NCBI RefSeq assembly: GCF_031200575.1
Contig: NZ_CP133597.1
Location: 1,732,571-1,796,570 of the forward strand
Direction: 5' to 3'
DNA length: 64,000 bases
DNA from: Ferroplasma sp.
Lineage (GTDB): Archaea; Thermoplasmatota; Thermoplasmata; Thermoplasmatales; Thermoplasmataceae
Made by a program: the position numbers and the translations under genes. Below are positions 60,018 to 64,000 of this stretch, piece after piece; position 1 is the first letter of the stretch; each line of letters begins with the position of its first letter. The notes below the pieces were generated by a model, which saw nothing but the letters and a program-made list of their open reading frames with translations, did not search any database and was not told the DNA's origin.

Positions 60018-60584
60018 TTAACTTTCATGCAGCAGGTTGCTGAGATGATACAGTGCCTTGCCTGCATTTGAATTGTCTATTACTATCCATATTTCCGTGT
60101 TTAGCCTGTAAATATTTGTGAACTTTATACCGTACGTCATCAGGTAATCCGTGATCAGGAGTGTAAGTCCAGGGGTAAAGGATGATTCCTTTGGGAGGAT
60201 TATTTTTATAAGGGCAATTTTGCTCTGCCTGTTTCCTGTGTTCGCTATACATATGTATATATTTGATTCCTTCATTACCAGAATAGTGTTTTCCGGTATC
60301 TTTTTGATATCATCAAAATAAAGGATGCTGTACTCATACTCTATGGTGAGGGATGATTTTTTAAGTATCTCCAGATCGTCTGTGTATTCAGGCTTTTCAG
60401 TCTTCATGTTGGCCAGGACTTTAACTATGGTATTGAATTTTACTGTCTTACCTGTCATGGCCTCAACCTTATCCTTTATGTTTTCGGCCACCTTGGTATA
60501 ATTGCATAATCCACTGGAAATGGCCATAGAATAGATGAGATTATTGCTGACAATCACTTTTACCGAATCAGAGATTTTTGTCAT
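60018..60584 (-). CDS. hypothetical protein (possible ACT-like C-terminal domain)
   Basis: 188-aa ORF. The C-terminal beta-alpha-beta pattern (ALIKIILPKE..PGLTLLITDYLMTYGIKFTNIY) is ACT-like. Weak. Confidence 0.4.
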   Translation of the reverse strand: MTKISDSVKVIVSNNLIYSMAISSGLCNYTKVAENIKDKVEAMTGKTVKFNTIVKVLANMKTEKPEYTDDLEILKKSSLTIEYEYSILYFDDIKKIPENTILVMKESNIYICIANTGNRQSKIALIKIILPKESSFTPGLTLLITDYLMTYGIKFTNIYRLNTEIWIVIDNSNAGKALYHLSNLLHES

Positions 60585-60764
60585 AAAACATCATTATATC
60601 AACATATAAATTCATTGCTATTGAAAATAAACCATTTAATCCATATCCATGATATATGAAACTATATAGTTTATTCATTAATCAAAATGGTGATTTCTGG
60701 TTCAAAAAATTTAAGCATAAAATTAATTAAATGCAAACGAATAGATGAGATTATCGGTGTATAA

Positions 60765-61580
60765 ATGAAATTAGGTATTATCGCAAGAATCAACTGCCAT
60801 TCGTGCATAAGAATTGCAAGGAGGATACTGGAGATTGTGCCACCATCATGGGAAATATTGGTGGAGGATAAGCTTGCAAGGTCTTTGAACAGAAAAGGCA
60901 CCGATTTCAGGAATATTGATGCAGATATTATAATAGTAATAGGTGGTGATGGAACAATACTGAGGACGGCACAGCTTTCAAGGGGCAAGATTCTGGGAAT
61001 CAATGTGGGAGGCCTGGGTTTTCTGTCGGAGGTAGAAATAGGGAATATTGAGGAATCAGTACACAACCTTATTAATGGAAACTACAGGACATACGATGTC
61101 ATGAAGCTGGAAGTTTACATTAACGATAAATACTTCGGGAAGGGAATCAATGATATTGTAATCCACACAGCCAGGATATCAAAAATAAGGAAATTCAGTG
61201 TGTATATAGATGACCGGTTTATGGAAAACACCAGTGCAGATGGGGTTATTGTGGCAACTCCAATAGGATCCACCTCTTACTCATACAGTGCCGGGGGCCC
61301 AATACTTATACCATCACTGAAGGCTATGGTAATATCCTATATAGCCCCATTTGGATCAAGGCTCAGGCCAATAGTGTGCCCAGACAGCAGTAAGATTACA
61401 ATAAAAATCATCGGAAAATTTAGCTCTCTCGTAATAATAGATGGACAGAGGGAGGCAGTGGTCAATGGAAACGACCGCGTAGACATTAAGGTTTCCAGTG
61501 AAAAACTAACCTTCATAGAACTAAAAAATTCATTTTATGACAGGCTCAGGGAGAAGCTGATTAAAGATGTGGTCAATTAG
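60765..61580 (+). CDS. nadK: NAD kinase
   Basis: IGGDGTILR, NVGGLGFLSE, DGVIVATPIGSTSYSYSAGGP. Confidence 0.9.
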   Translation: MKLGIIARINCHSCIRIARRILEIVPPSWEILVEDKLARSLNRKGTDFRNIDADIIIVIGGDGTILRTAQLSRGKILGINVGGLGFLSEVEIGNIEESVHNLINGNYRTYDVMKLEVYINDKYFGKGINDIVIHTARISKIRKFSVYIDDRFMENTSADGVIVATPIGSTSYSYSAGGPILIPSLKAMVISYIAPFGSRLRPIVCPDSSKITIKIIGKFSSLVIIDGQREAVVNGNDRVDIKVSSEKLTFIELKNSFYDRLREKLIKDVVN

Positions 61581-61929
61581 GGAACGGACGCTCAGGATGA
61601 TAATGGAGGCTTCAAAGGATTCATATCCTAATGAGTTTGGGGCCATGCTGCGTGCAGAGCATAACATTATTTACGAAATAGCAATGCTACCAGGCACTAT
61701 CAGTGGGCATGTTCATGTTATATTTCAGGCATATTCCATGCCCATAGATTTCAGTTATGTTGGGTCAGTGCATTCACACCCATCCGGGAATACCCATCCT
61801 TCAGATGCGGATCTTCACATGTTTTCCAATACAGGCCCGGTGCATATAATAGTAGGGTATCCATATAATTTAAACAACTTCTCAGCATATACAAGGAATG
61901 GCGACCCGTTAAAGCTGGAGATCATTTAA
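61567..61929 (+). CDS. JAMM/MPN+ metalloprotease
   Basis: EFGAML (Glu motif) and HSHPSGNTHPSDADL (HxHx7Sx2D). 120 aa, stand-alone. It overlaps the nadK end by 14 nt. Confidence 0.8.
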   Translation: MWSIRERTLRMIMEASKDSYPNEFGAMLRAEHNIIYEIAMLPGTISGHVHVIFQAYSMPIDFSYVGSVHSHPSGNTHPSDADLHMFSNTGPVHIIVGYPYNLNNFSAYTRNGDPLKLEII

Positions 61930-62948
61930 TATCTGTACCTCAGTATGCCGCAGTAACCACCGAACTGTTTTATGATTTCACCGGAATCCGTGTAGTCACT
62001 GATTACATGAACATTTACGCCGTTTATCTGCGAAAGCAGGACTCTTGTTCCCGGGTCCCTGAATTTTGATTCTGATATGAGCAGGTCTTCCAGCATGTTC
62101 ATGGATGCATATTTTACTATTTCATCATAACCGTAAACACTCAATCCGGTTTTATTCAAATTTTTGAGAAAGTTCTGTATAAGCTTTTCATCCCCTGCGA
62201 TCCTGGCCCCTTTCAGTATGTCCTCTGATTGCTTTTCCCCCATGAATTGGTATATGCCACGTTTTCCCGAATCGGTTTCAGGCATGTCATAGACGGCTAT
62301 GCCATTGAAGTATGGATCTGCCTTTATGGCATCATAGAATTTTGTATGCTCGAATCCGGGACCCAGTACTATTACTGTTGAGAGATTTCTGATATTTTTA
62401 AGCACCCGCATTATTTCACTGTAGTAACCTGAATCGCTGCCTTTTGATTCATAATCCTTACCTGACCTGCCAGAGGGTATTTCCCCAATATCCTGTATTC
62501 CATATGACTTAAGAAGGGCCACAGTGCATGATTCGTCATCCATGGATATGAATACAACTGAGTTTTTATAATAACTTTCCACAGCCTCATTCAGAAGCTT
62601 TGATTCTTCCTGGCCCATATCTTTGATAAGTGTAATTTCGTCATCAACGCCCACCATCACAGACTGGTGGCTTCCGGTATTTTCGCCCTCGGTTATTTCC
62701 CCAAGAATCTTCAGGCTATCGGTGTAAGGCAGGAAGTCGACCTTTTCTATCCTTAATCTTACCGTAATTTTCTTCCTTTCTGCCGACTTCGCCCGGGTCA
62801 TATCAGAGTTCTGTTCCTGCCTCCTGAACACTGATGTTATTATACTGTCACCTGGTGCCATTATATTTTTCAGGTACCAGAGATCGTCCATGGTTGTTAT
62901 AAGTAAAACTATTCTCGAATTTTTCCTGTCGTCCTCTATGATTTTCAA
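61926..62948 (-). CDS. pelA: pelota (Dom34) mRNA surveillance / ribosome rescue factor
   Basis: N-terminal LITTMDDLWYLKNIMAPGDSI, a central eRF1-like domain, 340 aa. Confidence 0.9.
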   Translation of the reverse strand: MKIIEDDRKNSRIVLLITTMDDLWYLKNIMAPGDSIITSVFRRQEQNSDMTRAKSAERKKITVRLRIEKVDFLPYTDSLKILGEITEGENTGSHQSVMVGVDDEITLIKDMGQEESKLLNEAVESYYKNSVVFISMDDESCTVALLKSYGIQDIGEIPSGRSGKDYESKGSDSGYYSEIMRVLKNIRNLSTVIVLGPGFEHTKFYDAIKADPYFNGIAVYDMPETDSGKRGIYQFMGEKQSEDILKGARIAGDEKLIQNFLKNLNKTGLSVYGYDEIVKYASMNMLEDLLISESKFRDPGTRVLLSQINGVNVHVISDYTDSGEIIKQFGGYCGILRYRY

Positions 62949-62979
62949 TTATGGTTGATTTTAATTTTAATTAAAAAAC

Positions 62980-63426
62980 TTAGCCTTTCAGGATGGAATC
63001 TATCTCCAGAAGTATTTTTTCGTAGTGGCTTCCATTCCAGTAGTATTTATTACAGTTTGGGCAGTATTTTACTGTACTGAATCTGGACTTGACGGATTCG
63101 AATTCCTGACCCATACTGCTGGAACTGGCCTCCTCAAGCAAACCATTGCATAGGGGGCACCTGGAGAAGAATAATCCCTTTTCTGGTGGGAATAGCTTTG
63201 CTACTTGTTTAATCTGAAGCTTAAAATATGGGCTATCAAGAAAAATGGATCTGCTGTATCTTTTATAGAATTCATAATCCCTTGTCAGGAGTATTCTGTT
63301 TTCCGCAATGCACTTTTTCAGTATATCAGTGTCATTCCGGCACTGTGGATATGATGTGTCATACCCCATAATGCGCATCCATTTACAGGTTTTACCCACC
63401 ATGTGGTCGGCCATGAATTTAGGCAT
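62980..63426 (-). CDS. Mut7-C (DUF82) PIN-like RNase domain protein with C-terminal Zn-ribbon
   Basis: FMADHMVGKTCKWMRIMGYDT, LLTRD, CPLCNG...CPNCNKYYWNGSH. Confidence 0.75.
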   Translation of the reverse strand: MPKFMADHMVGKTCKWMRIMGYDTSYPQCRNDTDILKKCIAENRILLTRDYEFYKRYSRSIFLDSPYFKLQIKQVAKLFPPEKGLFFSRCPLCNGLLEEASSSSMGQEFESVKSRFSTVKYCPNCNKYYWNGSHYEKILLEIDSILKG

Positions 63427-63973
63427 CCTTCCACCTTGGGGACAGGCTGTTTTTCACTCCGGCAAGGTCAAGCACGCGGGCAACGACAAAATTAATCAGA
63501 TCGTCCATGGTTGAAGGCCTCTGATAATATCCAGGTATTGCTGGAGATACTATGACATTGTCCCTTGATAATTTTAGCATATTTTCCAGCATTATGGTAC
63601 TGAATGGCATCTCCCTGGGGACAATAATGAATTTTCTTCTCTCTTTCATGGCGACAGTGGCGACCCTTGTAATCAGTGTATCTGATATGCCAGCGGATAT
63701 TTTTGCCAGGGTTGATGAGGAGCACGGAATAATAACAAATGTTGAAAATATAAAGCTGCCTGAACTTATTCTGGCAGCTATATCACTATCATTATAAACA
63801 TAATCTGCCAGGCTCCTTATGTATTCTATCTTATAGTCGCTTTCCAGTGACATAACCTTCCTGGCGCTGTCAGAAATTACTAGGTGTATTTCAACGTCTC
63901 TGAGATTTTCAAGGAACCTGACAGCAAGCACAGTTCCAGATGCCCCTGTAATGCCAACAACTATTTTTTCCAT
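63419..63973 (-). CDS. ubiX: UbiX-type flavin prenyltransferase
   Basis: VVGITGASGTVLAVRFLENL, IIPCSSSTLAKI, ERRKFIIVPRE. Confidence 0.9.
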   Translation of the reverse strand: MEKIVVGITGASGTVLAVRFLENLRDVEIHLVISDSARKVMSLESDYKIEYIRSLADYVYNDSDIAARISSGSFIFSTFVIIPCSSSTLAKISAGISDTLITRVATVAMKERRKFIIVPREMPFSTIMLENMLKLSRDNVIVSPAIPGYYQRPSTMDDLINFVVARVLDLAGVKNSLSPRWKDA

Positions 63974-64000
63974 CTAAGGCAAATATGTTATCATAAGATA

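Noticed and set aside
1-64000. CRISPR arrays, rRNA genes, inteins in MCM/LeuRS/helicases, additional tRNAs
   Set aside because: Scanning by eye found no regularly spaced direct repeats and no long GC-rich structured non-coding block. The large information-processing proteins are of normal length and have contiguous motifs. Only one cloverleaf was found.

Overview
AT-rich, very gene-dense archaeal chromosome segment of about 70 genes. The gene set points to a Thermoplasmata/Thermoplasmatales-type euryarchaeon: thermosome, MCM, XPB-Bax1, sn-glycerol-1-phosphate dehydrogenase, GGPP synthase, fibrillarin, aMBF1, pyruvoyl arginine decarboxylase, archease, archaeal-type r-proteins S12/S7/S13/S4/S11 and RpoD. 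All family assignments come from reading motifs in the supplied translations; no searches were run. Most of the window is core housekeeping: LeuRS, AspRS, a methylmalonyl-CoA mutase/MeaB operon, Rpe, NAD kinase, pelota, UbiX, one tRNA-Thr(GGU) and others. Genes are packed tightly, with several ATGA start/stop overlaps and TTAA shared stops between convergent genes. Two stretches look accessory. (1) About 13.7-22.2 kb holds a decayed IS (YREK-type DDE transposase with in-frame stops and a frame change, plus a small DUF2080/AbrB-like ORF) and an orphan 76-aa fragment. It also holds a co-directional array of N-glycosylation-sequon-rich surface proteins whose 5' leader cassette is repeated three times (the third copy is a stub), followed by a translationally coupled pair of MutS-core ABC-ATPase paralogues. 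That pair has no mismatch-recognition or nuclease domain and carries Asn-Glu in place of Asp-Glu in Walker B. It is my best candidate for an undescribed system. (2) About 27.9-30.4 kb holds two uncharacterised proteins and an IS630-like HTH remnant. Other points of note are an orphan encapsulated-ferritin homologue with no shell gene or targeting peptide next to a NYN RNase, and a ferredoxin whose 3' cluster motif is readable only after a 1-nt frame shift. There are also two radical-SAM enzymes (one possibly tetraether synthase-like) and a tRNA-Thr with a non-canonical T-loop. No CRISPR array, rRNA or obvious riboswitch was seen.
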